Virus record (IMG/VR): IMGVR_UViG_3300035698_011757
Coordinates: 1,481-65,480 of that record
Source: a virus
Taxonomy: Duplodnaviria; Caudoviricetes
Length of the DNA stretch: 64,000 bases
Strand: one strand, 5' to 3'
Made by a program: the position numbers and the translations under genes. Of this stretch, positions 38,989-48,274 are shown piece by piece. A model generated the notes under the pieces. The model ran no database searches. It had not been told where the DNA came from and saw only the letters and a list, made by a program, of their open reading frames with translations. Each line of letters begins with the position of its first letter. Within the stretch, counting starts at the first letter, position 1.

Positions 38989-39910
38989 TTGTCCCAGGAA
39001 ATCCTCCGAATCTAATGTTCTCTCCAAACCTCGCCATGCAACCACCCAGCTTCTTTGAGCAGGAATCTCTAGACCATAAGTTCTCATAATCAAAAGGGTT
39101 TTTATTTACAATGCCATCCGCACTTTTGCATACAAAAAATATCTTCGCGTAGGTTGGCGATAAGTGATCGTTTGGGTTGCTTAAACTATTGTTTGGTGAA
39201 ATTCCCATCTTATGTTTCGAAAACCTATAAACAGTATCTCCGTAGTTGTAGGTTTTATCTTCAGCCCATTCTCCCTTTATTCTTTGCGACGGCAACCTAA
39301 CGCTATTCTCATCATACAGATTGTTTGACGAGTTATGCGAGCAAGATTCTCCCCTATAAAAGAACGGACAATACTTGGATAGCATTATTTTTCTTGGAAT
39401 CTCAATATTCTCAAGCTCCAAAGGGCTAACCAACTCAAATTCCACAAAAGTTTTAGTTTCAGTGGACTTTCTATTAATGTAGAAAACTTCATCTTGAAAA
39501 CCCATAGAAGGATCTGCACCATTCACAAATGGATTGACGCCTTCTGGCTGGAAATTGACGTCATCTAAATATTTGGCGTAAACCTTTTTTCTGAAAACCT
39601 TTGCTCCAGCGAACCCGTCGTGAATTTGCAACCACTGAGATATAATATAATCAATGTTTGCTATTTTGATTTTTGGTCGAACTAAGGTTCCATCGCCTTT
39701 TGTTTTAAAATCTGAAACTTCAATTGGAATTGGCATATAGGAAATACCCTGCCAAACTATTGGTTCATAAAAACCGTTTGTTCCTCCATGAAAATCTATA
39801 GAAAAAGTTGGATCATTGACGTCGTCTGGGAAGATTCTAAAAAAGTCAAGAATCGCCGTTGATTCTAACTCGTATAAGTCTTCTATAATTTTCTTTTCCT
39901 TTTCTCCCAT
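38972..39910 (-). CDS. Minor tail protein (lambda gpL-like)
   Basis: YMPIPIE..GDGTLVRP, YLDDVNF, CPFFYRGESC, DSCSKKLGGC..RF..FGGFPG. Confidence 0.92.
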   Translation of the reverse strand: MGEKEKKIIEDLYELESTAILDFFRIFPDDVNDPTFSIDFHGGTNGFYEPIVWQGISYMPIPIEVSDFKTKGDGTLVRPKIKIANIDYIISQWLQIHDGFAGAKVFRKKVYAKYLDDVNFQPEGVNPFVNGADPSMGFQDEVFYINRKSTETKTFVEFELVSPLELENIEIPRKIMLSKYCPFFYRGESCSHNSSNNLYDENSVRLPSQRIKGEWAEDKTYNYGDTVYRFSKHKMGISPNNSLSNPNDHLSPTYAKIFFVCKSADGIVNKNPFDYENLWSRDSCSKKLGGCMARFGENIRFGGFPGTSGYGT

Positions 39911-39936
39911 AATAATTTACCTTGTTCCAATATTGT

Positions 39937-39986
39937 TTACACTATTATTATAGTTTTTTAAGTAAGAATGACCGAAAAAAGTGTAA
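39937..39986. promoter_or_regulatory. Divergent pair of GTGTAA motifs
   Basis: TTACAC at 39937-39942 facing the tail genes; GTGTAA at 39981-39986, 8 nt before endolysin ATG 39995. Confidence 0.6.
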
Positions 39987-39994
39987 AAAAAGAT

Positions 39995-40639
39995 ATGAAA
40001 TGGGACGCAGACACATATCTTAAACAAATAGCCCTCAACGAATTAGGCTTTAATGCGGGAAAGGCAGACGGAATCGACGGAAGAAAAACACAGTGGGCGG
40101 AAATCTCTTGGAAGAAAAGTTTAGAAACTCCATCTAAAAATAAATCCACATCAACAAAACCGCCAAAAGCTGATTACGACTCAATGGTTAAATTCTACGG
40201 AAAAGTTGGAAGTGAAGCTAATTTAGTTTTAGTTCCAGCGCCATATCCAATGAAGTTGGCTTGGGATAAAAGCGTAAAGGTAAAAAACATCAGATGCCAC
40301 AAAAAGATCGCCGAACCACTCAAGAACGCTCTCAAGGAAATTTATGACACATACGGCATGGATTGGATAAGAAAGCATGGACTAGACCTTTACGGCGGCG
40401 TATTTAACAACAGAAACGTAAGAAATGGCAACACAAAGTCAAAGCACGCATGGGGAGCAGCAATTGACTTAAACCCTTCTGAAAACGGCAACAGAACACC
40501 TTGGAATGAAGACAGGGTTGGCTACAGGGGATACGGAAGCATGCCAGTAGAAGCTGTTGAGATATTTGAAAAGCACGGATTTAAGCATGGTGGGCGAGCT
40601 TGGGGTCGCGATGCCATGCACTTTCAGTATACTCAGTAA
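39995..40639 (+). CDS. Endolysin, peptidase M15 family, with short PG-binding-like N-terminus
   Basis: ADGIDGRKT; GGVFNNR..SKHAWGAAID..DAMHFQ. Confidence 0.88.
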   Translation: MKWDADTYLKQIALNELGFNAGKADGIDGRKTQWAEISWKKSLETPSKNKSTSTKPPKADYDSMVKFYGKVGSEANLVLVPAPYPMKLAWDKSVKVKNIRCHKKIAEPLKNALKEIYDTYGMDWIRKHGLDLYGGVFNNRNVRNGNTKSKHAWGAAIDLNPSENGNRTPWNEDRVGYRGYGSMPVEAVEIFEKHGFKHGGRAWGRDAMHFQYTQ

Positions 40640-40658
40640 TCTTTTTTACATATTTTTT

Positions 40659-40687
40659 AAAAAGCTCACATTTAGTGGGCTTTTTTT
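40659..40687. terminator. Bidirectional terminator
   Basis: aaaagctcac-attta-gtgggcttttttt. Confidence 0.7.
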
Positions 40688-41534
40688 ATTGCTTAGGAAA
40701 AGATTTGTGAAATAAATCTTGTTTTTCCAAAGCTTCCTCTAAACTTGGGAATGTTCCAATGTATTTGATTCCCCTTCTGCACTTGCTTTGTAGAGATGTG
40801 GTTTTAAAGTCGCCATACTTACTTCTTATGATCCCAGAAGATACAGTCTCTTCATTCCCAAATAAAACTTTTCTGGAAGAGTCCTCTCTCTTTTTTAAAT
40901 ATTTTTTGTAATCATAAAATTTTTCCACCTTTCTAGATAAGCCTATAGGAAAATCAATAGACTCGCAAAATTTTATTTTGTCAGAATTTTTTGTGACTTC
41001 TACTACAGAGTATTCGTGGTGTGCTTTTTTATGAGACTTGTGGTGAGAGGGGCGGGATTTTCTATACACCTTACAATCAATACCTATATCATCAAAGTAG
41101 TCTTCCAAAAATGTATATTTCTGAAGCTTAGATCCATTAAAAGAAACTCTGAATAGATTATTTTTATCAAGAGATATAGATCCATCTCCATCCAAAAACC
41201 CTTTTATAAAGAATTTTCTATTCTTTTTGTTGATTTTAAAATACAAGGGGCAATCAGAACCATCTTTATTATCGAACTGATACTCTTCAAAAAAAGAGAG
41301 ATTTTTAGAAGAGCGAGCGCAACTCTGGGGTTTGCTTGAGTTTTTTCTTATTCTGGTTGTGAATTTTTCGAAACCTAAAAAATCTCTCAGTATATACCAA
41401 ACTTTGTCAAAATCATCTTTTTTAACTTCAAAGCTAAAGGAGGAATACCCCCTCTTACACTTGCCGAAATAACAATCTGCCCAAAAATAACCCAACATAT
41501 AGCAAGTTTCTGCTTGACTTAAATCAATATTCAT
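40686..41534 (-). CDS. Free-standing LAGLIDADG homing endonuclease
   Basis: YMLGYFWADC and FIKGFLDGDGSI; AP2-like tail YIGTFPSLEEA; start at MNIDLSQ behind GTGTAA-N8. Confidence 0.85.
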   Translation of the reverse strand: MNIDLSQAETCYMLGYFWADCYFGKCKRGYSSFSFEVKKDDFDKVWYILRDFLGFEKFTTRIRKNSSKPQSCARSSKNLSFFEEYQFDNKDGSDCPLYFKINKKNRKFFIKGFLDGDGSISLDKNNLFRVSFNGSKLQKYTFLEDYFDDIGIDCKVYRKSRPSHHKSHKKAHHEYSVVEVTKNSDKIKFCESIDFPIGLSRKVEKFYDYKKYLKKREDSSRKVLFGNEETVSSGIIRSKYGDFKTTSLQSKCRRGIKYIGTFPSLEEALEKQDLFHKSFPKQ

Positions 41535-41556
41535 AATAGTGTTTACACACAAAATC

Positions 41557-42258
41557 ATGAAAACCACGAAAAATATTACAGGGACTGTCATTTTATTAGG
41601 AGATATACATGGAGATTTCGCTTTTTTAAAGAGATTTTTGCACAGAAATGCAACAAACGATTCAACCATTATTCAATTGGGAGATTTTGGTTTGGGGTTT
41701 TCAAATAATGATAAAAACGAAATGGCAAGTTTAAACAAAAAACTCTCAAATCACAACGTCAAGCTAATAGTTATTAGAGGCAATCATTGCAAGCCCGACT
41801 ATTATGAAAACGATAATATTAGAAACGAATTCAACTCAGTTTACTCCAATATAGAATTGATAAAAAATCAAACCTACAAAATATTAAATGGTAAAAAAAC
41901 CTTATTTTTAAACGGAGCTATATCTATCGATAGATCAACCCGAAAAGAGGGGGAGAGTTATTGGAAAGACGAAGCTCTTAATGTTGATATTCCATCTTTG
42001 GAAAAATCTGACATTATATTATCACATACATGCCCAAATCACTTCAATGTAGGGAAGAATATTTTAGCATACTGGCTGAATAAAGACCCTAAACTTGAAA
42101 AAGATTTAAAAGTTGAGCGCAACATAATGGACGAAGTTATGGAAAAAGTTCAACCTGTAACGTGGCATTTCGGACATTTTCATGAGTCAACTAGCGGCGA
42201 ATACGAAAAATGTTATTGGAGATGTATAGATATTAACGAAGGATTTGAACTTATTTAA
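41557..42258 (+). CDS. Calcineurin-like metallophosphoesterase
   Basis: GDIHG, QLGDFG, RGNH, SHTCP, FGHFH. Confidence 0.9.
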   Translation: MKTTKNITGTVILLGDIHGDFAFLKRFLHRNATNDSTIIQLGDFGLGFSNNDKNEMASLNKKLSNHNVKLIVIRGNHCKPDYYENDNIRNEFNSVYSNIELIKNQTYKILNGKKTLFLNGAISIDRSTRKEGESYWKDEALNVDIPSLEKSDIILSHTCPNHFNVGKNILAYWLNKDPKLEKDLKVERNIMDEVMEKVQPVTWHFGHFHESTSGEYEKCYWRCIDINEGFELI

Positions 42259-42315
42259 AATATGAAAAAAATAAACATTGACAAATTTCAAAAATCTGTC
42301 ATATTCCAATTAGAA

Positions 42316-42816
42316 ATGAAAACAAAAACACTAAACATTAAAGGCGACTTATTAACTTTCCCAGCGGGAATCAATACAATTATCCATTGTGCTAACGCAT
42401 TCTGCACAATGAGTGGTGGAATTGCGGCTCAAATTAAGGTGAAGTTTCCAGAAGCTTATCGAGCTGACCAAAAAACAGAACCTGGAGACGAAGCTAAAAT
42501 GGGCGGATACACATTCGCAAAAGTAAATGGCAAAGGATACGTGGTAAACGTATACGGTCAATACAACTTTGGAACTAACCAACGAATGGTTAATTACGAA
42601 TACCTATTCAGTGGCGTCGAAAAGATCTTCAAAAAAGCAAAAGACCATAATAACAAAGAAGTCGCTGACGGTAAAGAAAACTTCATGGTTTTAGGTTTTC
42701 CTAAACTAATGGGCTGCGGTTTGGCTGGTGGAGATTGGAATATTGTGGAAGCAATGATCAAATCATACACCGTTAAATACGGAGTCGAATCAGTAATTGT
42801 AGAATTTAATCAATAA
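42316..42816 (+). CDS. Macro domain protein (ADP-ribose binding/hydrolase)
   Basis: KGDLL, HCAN..MSGGIA, VVNVYGQ, MGCGLAGGDW. Confidence 0.9.
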   Translation: MKTKTLNIKGDLLTFPAGINTIIHCANAFCTMSGGIAAQIKVKFPEAYRADQKTEPGDEAKMGGYTFAKVNGKGYVVNVYGQYNFGTNQRMVNYEYLFSGVEKIFKKAKDHNNKEVADGKENFMVLGFPKLMGCGLAGGDWNIVEAMIKSYTVKYGVESVIVEFNQ

Positions 42817-42821
42817 AAACA

Positions 42822-43937
42822 ATGGAAGATATAATCAAAACATTCAAAGAAAAAGATTTAAAACTAGGAACCGTTATTACTGGCGGCGGGACTGGATTTG
42901 TTGATGGATTATTATCCAAAGGTGGATGCTCAAGCTTTTTTGTTGAGGCTTTAACCCCATACAGTCAATCCTCCTTAGTTGATTTTTTAGGAAGAGACCC
43001 TAGCTTTAAATACTGCTCAAATATGACAGCTAGAGAAATGGCTTCTAAAATGCGAGATCGTGTAGATAAGCTATCTGCCACCAAAAGTGGAGTGGGTTTG
43101 GGCGTGACAGCCTCTTTGAGTAACGGTTTGCTCGAAAGGGAAGATCGAGTAAATCAAATCTTCGTCTGTATAACATCTAGCGAGATGACGTCAGAATATC
43201 ACTATGTTTTTCCAAATACGGTTCACACCAATACAACAAGATGTTTACAAGAATCAAAATGTTCAGAATTTATTGAACAATCGCTAAACGACTTTGTCAA
43301 CCTATGCTGCTCAGAAGGTCATTCTGTTTCTAACAACGACATTAAAAACTTTTTCGACGACGTAGACAACTTTTGCAGCGCCGAAGAAATAAATAACGTA
43401 GTAATTTACTCTGGAAGTTTTAACCCTTTTCACGATGGTCACAGAATGATCTTGGAAAAGTGCTTAAAAATGCCAGAAAACGACATGGTAATCTTAGAAG
43501 TATGCACTGAATCTTACAAAAAATCTCCAGTTGACCACATTTCTCTCCTAGATAGGTATGAAATCATTATCGAGGGAGGGTTTGTTCCATCAAGCGTTCC
43601 AATTACACATTTTAATGAAGGTATTTTTACTGAAAAATTCAAATACTACTCAAAAAAACTCGACAGTGCAAAAATAATTTTCGCTATTGGAGATGATGTT
43701 TTTAATAAACTTTGTGCTTATATCGAAAAAAGCAAACTATCTATGGAAAAATTCTTCCAAAACGAAGGTATCATGCACTCCCAAATGCAATTCCTAGTAT
43801 TCCCAAGGTTAAAAAGCGAAGTGGAGTATACTGACGACCAAATGCTCTTCATTTACGAAGAATCCTTCAATCTAGATCGCTGCCAATTCACACACGGCAT
43901 CAGCAGCACAAAAATAAGAAACTCGCATGAAGCATAA
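42822..43937 (+). CDS. CinA/PncC-like domain fused to NMN/NaMN adenylyltransferase
   Basis: ITGGG..GGCSS..PYS N-domain; YSGSFNPFHDGH and ISSTKIR. Confidence 0.75.
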   Translation: MEDIIKTFKEKDLKLGTVITGGGTGFVDGLLSKGGCSSFFVEALTPYSQSSLVDFLGRDPSFKYCSNMTAREMASKMRDRVDKLSATKSGVGLGVTASLSNGLLEREDRVNQIFVCITSSEMTSEYHYVFPNTVHTNTTRCLQESKCSEFIEQSLNDFVNLCCSEGHSVSNNDIKNFFDDVDNFCSAEEINNVVIYSGSFNPFHDGHRMILEKCLKMPENDMVILEVCTESYKKSPVDHISLLDRYEIIIEGGFVPSSVPITHFNEGIFTEKFKYYSKKLDSAKIIFAIGDDVFNKLCAYIEKSKLSMEKFFQNEGIMHSQMQFLVFPRLKSEVEYTDDQMLFIYEESFNLDRCQFTHGISSTKIRNSHEA

Positions 43938-44457
43938 AAACGAAGACTACGGATATGTAACGAAAAACAAAGTTCTTGCTTTTCAAAAAGGGCCTTTGAG
44001 TCAATGGTTCGGCGCTTACAAAGGTCAGAACGGAAGCTTTAGAAATCAAGATATGTTTATAAATTGTGCGGAACAGTATATGATGCTAGGGAAAGCTTCT
44101 TTGTTTAAAGATAAATTAAGCTTCGAAAGGATTAAGCACGAACTAAACCCAAAAGAGCAAAAATATTTAGGTCGAAAAATAAAAAACTTCGATCCAAAAG
44201 TTTGGGACGAAAAGAAATTCAGCATTGTTTGCAAGGCAAATCTACTAAAATTCTCACAAAACGTCGACGAGAGAGAATTTCTCATTGACACTGGAGACTT
44301 AATTTTGGTAGAAGCAGCACCGTGGGATAAGATTTGGGGCTGCGGAACTGGACTTGAAGATGAAACAACATACCAGCCAGAAAATTGGCAGGGAGAAAAT
44401 TTATTAGGCAAAGCTTTAATGCAGGTAAGAAAAACACTAAAACAATATGGATATTAA
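43927..44457 (+). CDS. NADAR (YbiA-like) protein
   Basis: LSQW, AEQYMM..KA.LF.D, KFSQN, LVEAAPWDKIWG, GENLLGKALM. Confidence 0.92.
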   Translation: MKHKNEDYGYVTKNKVLAFQKGPLSQWFGAYKGQNGSFRNQDMFINCAEQYMMLGKASLFKDKLSFERIKHELNPKEQKYLGRKIKNFDPKVWDEKKFSIVCKANLLKFSQNVDEREFLIDTGDLILVEAAPWDKIWGCGTGLEDETTYQPENWQGENLLGKALMQVRKTLKQYGY

Positions 44458-45403
44458 AAAAGGAATAAACGTTTTATCATTATTTGATGGCATGAGTTGT
44501 GGGCAGATTGCTCTTGATAGATTAGGAATTAAGGTAGATAATTACTATGCAAGTGAAATAGATAAAAACGCTATAAAAGTAACAAAAGATAACTACCCAA
44601 CAACAAATCATATTGGAGAAGTTCAAAAAATCTCATCAAAAGATTTTAAAAAAATAGACCTCTTGATCGGCGGATCGCCATGTCAATCCTTCAGTTTTGC
44701 GGGAAAAAAAGAAGGAATGGTAACAGAAAGTAATGAAGAGATTACAAGTTTAGACGGTTATTTAAAACTTAAAGAGGACGGGTTTATTTTTAAAGGGCAA
44801 TCATATTTATTCTGGGAGTATATAAGACTATGGAAAGAGATTAATCCAAAATACTTCCTACTTGAGAATGTGAGGATGGCAAAAAAATGGAAAGATTTAA
44901 TATCAAAAATATTAGGAGTAGAACCCGTCTTTATCAACTCAAAATTAGTGTCTGGGCAGAATAGACCTAGACTTTATTGGACGAACATTCCGAACGTAGA
45001 TGTCCCTCAAGATAAGGGAATTAAACTAACTGATGTTTTAAACGACGTAGAAGAAGAGGGGTCTGTGTTCGATATTAAGAAAAGTGTTCGAAAAAACGCT
45101 TTAGATCAATACGATGAGGTGTTAAATAGTGATTCCACCATTCATTTGTTAAAATGCAAAAGTGGGTGGCAAGATAATAGAGTTGGAATTAAAAAATCCG
45201 CATGCTTGAGAGCTGGTAATTCATCATGTTTTGTTCTTGATAATCAAAAAAATATCAGAAAAATAAGCATACACGAAGCAGAAAAGTTACAGACCGTCCC
45301 TGTTGATTATACGAAATTAGCAAGCGACCCCCAGAGATACAAAATGCTAGGAAACGGCTGGACAGTTGATGTAATCGCGCACATATTCAAAAAAATAAAA
45401 TAA
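44447..45403 (+). CDS. C5 cytosine DNA methyltransferase
   Basis: VLSLFDG, ASEID, GGSPCQ, LENV, QNRPRLYW, LGNGW. Confidence 0.95.
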   Translation: MDIKKGINVLSLFDGMSCGQIALDRLGIKVDNYYASEIDKNAIKVTKDNYPTTNHIGEVQKISSKDFKKIDLLIGGSPCQSFSFAGKKEGMVTESNEEITSLDGYLKLKEDGFIFKGQSYLFWEYIRLWKEINPKYFLLENVRMAKKWKDLISKILGVEPVFINSKLVSGQNRPRLYWTNIPNVDVPQDKGIKLTDVLNDVEEEGSVFDIKKSVRKNALDQYDEVLNSDSTIHLLKCKSGWQDNRVGIKKSACLRAGNSSCFVLDNQKNIRKISIHEAEKLQTVPVDYTKLASDPQRYKMLGNGWTVDVIAHIFKKIK

Positions 45404-46017
45404 TGAACTTAAAAAAATTAATCAAAGCGGCTGAAGACTTAAAAAACGTAGCTCTTGAAAAAATGCTTAAAAAAGCTGACTTGGTGACATCTAAAATAAA
45501 CGGAAAAGTCATTCGCGGAATGGTTGAAAGACCCTCATTTAATAATGTTGAAAATAAAAAGATAGAGCAGGACGGTAAAGAATACTGGATCAGTAGAGTA
45601 ATGGCAACATGCGTCACGCTAATATCAGCAGATGGCGAGCGAGTATTGATTACTCAAAGAGCGGCGTCAATGAACCACGGCGGCGAATGGTGTTTGCCTT
45701 GCGGCTATGTAGATTGGAACGAAGATGTTTACGAGGCGGCTTCTAGGGAGCTTTCTGAAGAGGTTGGTATCTATATTAAACCATCAGTATTCGAAGACCT
45801 TGGAATATTCGAAGTTCAATCAAAACCAGAAAAGGTAACCTTTCACTTTGTGGTAAATTTAAATCACTCAAGAACTGAGAATGAAAAAGAAATTCCGATT
45901 GTTCTTGACAAAAACGAAGTTTCCGACCATAAGTGGGTAAGTAAAAGCGAGCTTGATGATTACGAGTTCGCATTTGGTCACAAAGCAAAAATAAAATCAA
46001 AACTAACAAAATGGTAA
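45403..46017 (+). CDS. Nudix hydrolase
   Basis: WCLPCGYVDWNEDVYEAASRELSEEVG. Confidence 0.92.
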   Translation: MNLKKLIKAAEDLKNVALEKMLKKADLVTSKINGKVIRGMVERPSFNNVENKKIEQDGKEYWISRVMATCVTLISADGERVLITQRAASMNHGGEWCLPCGYVDWNEDVYEAASRELSEEVGIYIKPSVFEDLGIFEVQSKPEKVTFHFVVNLNHSRTENEKEIPIVLDKNEVSDHKWVSKSELDDYEFAFGHKAKIKSKLTKW

Positions 46018-46592
46018 TCCCAACAGTAATTATTAAAGAAGGCGGTCGTGAGCAAGCATATGATATTTATTCTATGCTCTTGCGTAAGAGAATTATCATG
46101 ATCGACGGCGAGATTAATACAGCGATGCAGTCGGTTGTTGTAGCGTCATTACTATATTTAAATAGCGAAGATAGCAAAGCCGACATTAACGTATATGTGA
46201 ATTCTGGAGGCGGATCTGTAACCGCTGGATTGGCGATTATTGACACAATGGACATCATTTCTAATGAAGTTTCAACCTTTTGTAATGGAATGTGTGCCTC
46301 GATGGGGGCTGCGGTCCTATCAGCAGGAACTAAAGGTAAGCGTTTTGTAATGCCAAGCGCAAGTGTGATGATCCATTCTGTTTCTAGCGGAACTAGCGGA
46401 ACCGTACAAGACATGCAAGTAAGCCATGACGAAACGGTTAGGTTGCAAAAATTCCTCATGGGGATGATTGCTAAAAACTGCAACAAAGACTACGAAGAGG
46501 TTGAAAAAGACTGCCAGCGAGATTATTATATGACAGCTCAAAAAGCTGTTGATTACGGCATTGTTGATTCAATCGTCAAATCTCATGGATAA
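46011..46592 (+). CDS. clpP: ATP-dependent Clp protease proteolytic subunit
   Basis: YDIYS.LL..RII, YVNSGGG, CASMG, MIH, RDYY..A..YGIVD. Confidence 0.96.
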   Translation: MVIPTVIIKEGGREQAYDIYSMLLRKRIIMIDGEINTAMQSVVVASLLYLNSEDSKADINVYVNSGGGSVTAGLAIIDTMDIISNEVSTFCNGMCASMGAAVLSAGTKGKRFVMPSASVMIHSVSSGTSGTVQDMQVSHDETVRLQKFLMGMIAKNCNKDYEEVEKDCQRDYYMTAQKAVDYGIVDSIVKSHG

Positions 46593-46788
46593 ATTTATAG
46601 CAAAAAAGGACTTCTCTCTCGAAGCGATAGAAATTAAAGATCCTTTTACCTTGACAAAAGGTGAAACTCTTACTAGAATATCCAAGATGACAGAGACGTC
46701 CTTCTTTCAAATCGGAGACAAAACGTTCTGGTTAGAAAATGCTGAATTCGAAACAATAGAAAAAAACTTAAAAATAATTACAAAATGA
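46585..46788 (+). CDS. Hypothetical protein
   Basis: Small ORF coupled on both sides. Confidence 0.55.
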   Translation: MDKFIAKKDFSLEAIEIKDPFTLTKGETLTRISKMTETSFFQIGDKTFWLENAEFETIEKNLKIITK

Positions 46789-48230
46789 ATACAAATAACC
46801 TAATTTTTACATTAGACGCCTACAAATGGGATCACGAAAGACTTTATCCAGATGGATTTGAAAACAGCTATTCCTACCTAACATGTAGAAGTGACGAGAC
46901 TCACAAAACATCAATATTCTTTGGTTTGCAAGGAATTATTAAACGATGGTTACTTCCATTAATTACGCAAGAAATGCTTGACGAAGCAAAATCAATAGCT
47001 GTCCATGCGTTTGGCAGCGATGAATGTATTAATTCTAATTCTTGGCAAAAAATAATTGACGAAAAAGGCGGAAAACTACCCCTTCTTATCAAAGCCTTGC
47101 CAGAAGGAACAAGAACTAAAAAACTAACTTGTCTAGCCACGGTAGAAGCGACAGAAGATGGTTATGGATGGCTAGCTTCGGCTATGGAAACTGTAATTCA
47201 AACTGGATGGTATACAATGCAAGTAGCTACAAGATCAAACGAAATCGCATCTAAAATCAAGAAATATTTTCATAAAGCGTCAAACAACGAATTCTTAGCT
47301 GATTATAGTTTGGTGGATTTTGGTCAGAGAGGAACGACTTGCATGGAGCAAGCTGGATTAGGGGGAATGAGCGTTTTGCTAAACACCATTTCTTCAGACA
47401 CTATGATGGCTATACCATATGCGGTAAATTATTATAACGCAGACGTATCTAATTTATTAAAAGCCGTTAGAGCTACTGAACATGCGGTGAGTATGCCTTA
47501 CGGAGATGGATTAGGAGAGCTTGAATACGTGAGAAATATTCAAAAAAAAGTCAAAGGGGGTATAGTGTCTTTCGTTGGAGATACTAACGGAATCGTTCAA
47601 CTTGTAGAAGATAAACTACCATTACTCAAGGATGATATTATGTCTTTCTGGAAAAACGGATCTGGAGAAATAAACAAAACGGTTATTCGTCCAGACTCAA
47701 AGAGGTTTGATGAAGATACTCCTTCAAAGCAATGCTTGTGGTTAGTGAGAAAACTTGGAGAAATATTTGGATATTCCACAAACGACAAAGGTTACAAAGT
47801 CCTTCATCCATGCGTAGGAGGTATTTTTGGTGATTCACTAACCACTTCTGATATTGATGAAGTTTATTTAAGATTGATAAATTCTGGCTGGAGTCCAGAA
47901 AATATGCTTGTGGGAATGGGAGGGGGGCTACTTCAAAAGGATTACCATAGAGACGTTTTAGCTACAGCGTTCAAGGCTAGTTGTCAAAAATTTAATGGAA
48001 AATGGATTGACATCAAAAAAAACACGACAGAAGATTTTAAAAAGAGTATGTCTGGAAAATTCTCAACAGTGAAACGCGATGGATTTTTCGTAACCGTTCC
48101 TCAATTAAAGGGAGATTCAAAAGAGAGGGATTATCTCGAACCTGTATTTTTAAACGGAAACCTCGTAAGAGAGCAAACATTTGAAGAGGTCAAAAACATC
48201 ATCTGGGACGGTAAAAACGAATTCATCTAA
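46785..48230 (+). CDS. nadV: Nicotinamide phosphoribosyltransferase
   Basis: DAYKWDH, FFGLQ, DFGQRG, ATEH, VIRPDS, GMGGGLLQK. Confidence 0.92.
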   Translation: MNTNNLIFTLDAYKWDHERLYPDGFENSYSYLTCRSDETHKTSIFFGLQGIIKRWLLPLITQEMLDEAKSIAVHAFGSDECINSNSWQKIIDEKGGKLPLLIKALPEGTRTKKLTCLATVEATEDGYGWLASAMETVIQTGWYTMQVATRSNEIASKIKKYFHKASNNEFLADYSLVDFGQRGTTCMEQAGLGGMSVLLNTISSDTMMAIPYAVNYYNADVSNLLKAVRATEHAVSMPYGDGLGELEYVRNIQKKVKGGIVSFVGDTNGIVQLVEDKLPLLKDDIMSFWKNGSGEINKTVIRPDSKRFDEDTPSKQCLWLVRKLGEIFGYSTNDKGYKVLHPCVGGIFGDSLTTSDIDEVYLRLINSGWSPENMLVGMGGGLLQKDYHRDVLATAFKASCQKFNGKWIDIKKNTTEDFKKSMSGKFSTVKRDGFFVTVPQLKGDSKERDYLEPVFLNGNLVREQTFEEVKNIIWDGKNEFI

Positions 48231-48274
48231 GAAGACGCTAAAATAAACAACAACCAAGGACTTTTAAACCTATA

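Noticed and set aside
41535-41669. Longer 5' extensions given by the ORF track (e.g. 41669, 39093, 42262, 827)
   Set aside because: They run through promoters or neighbouring genes; internal starts fit better
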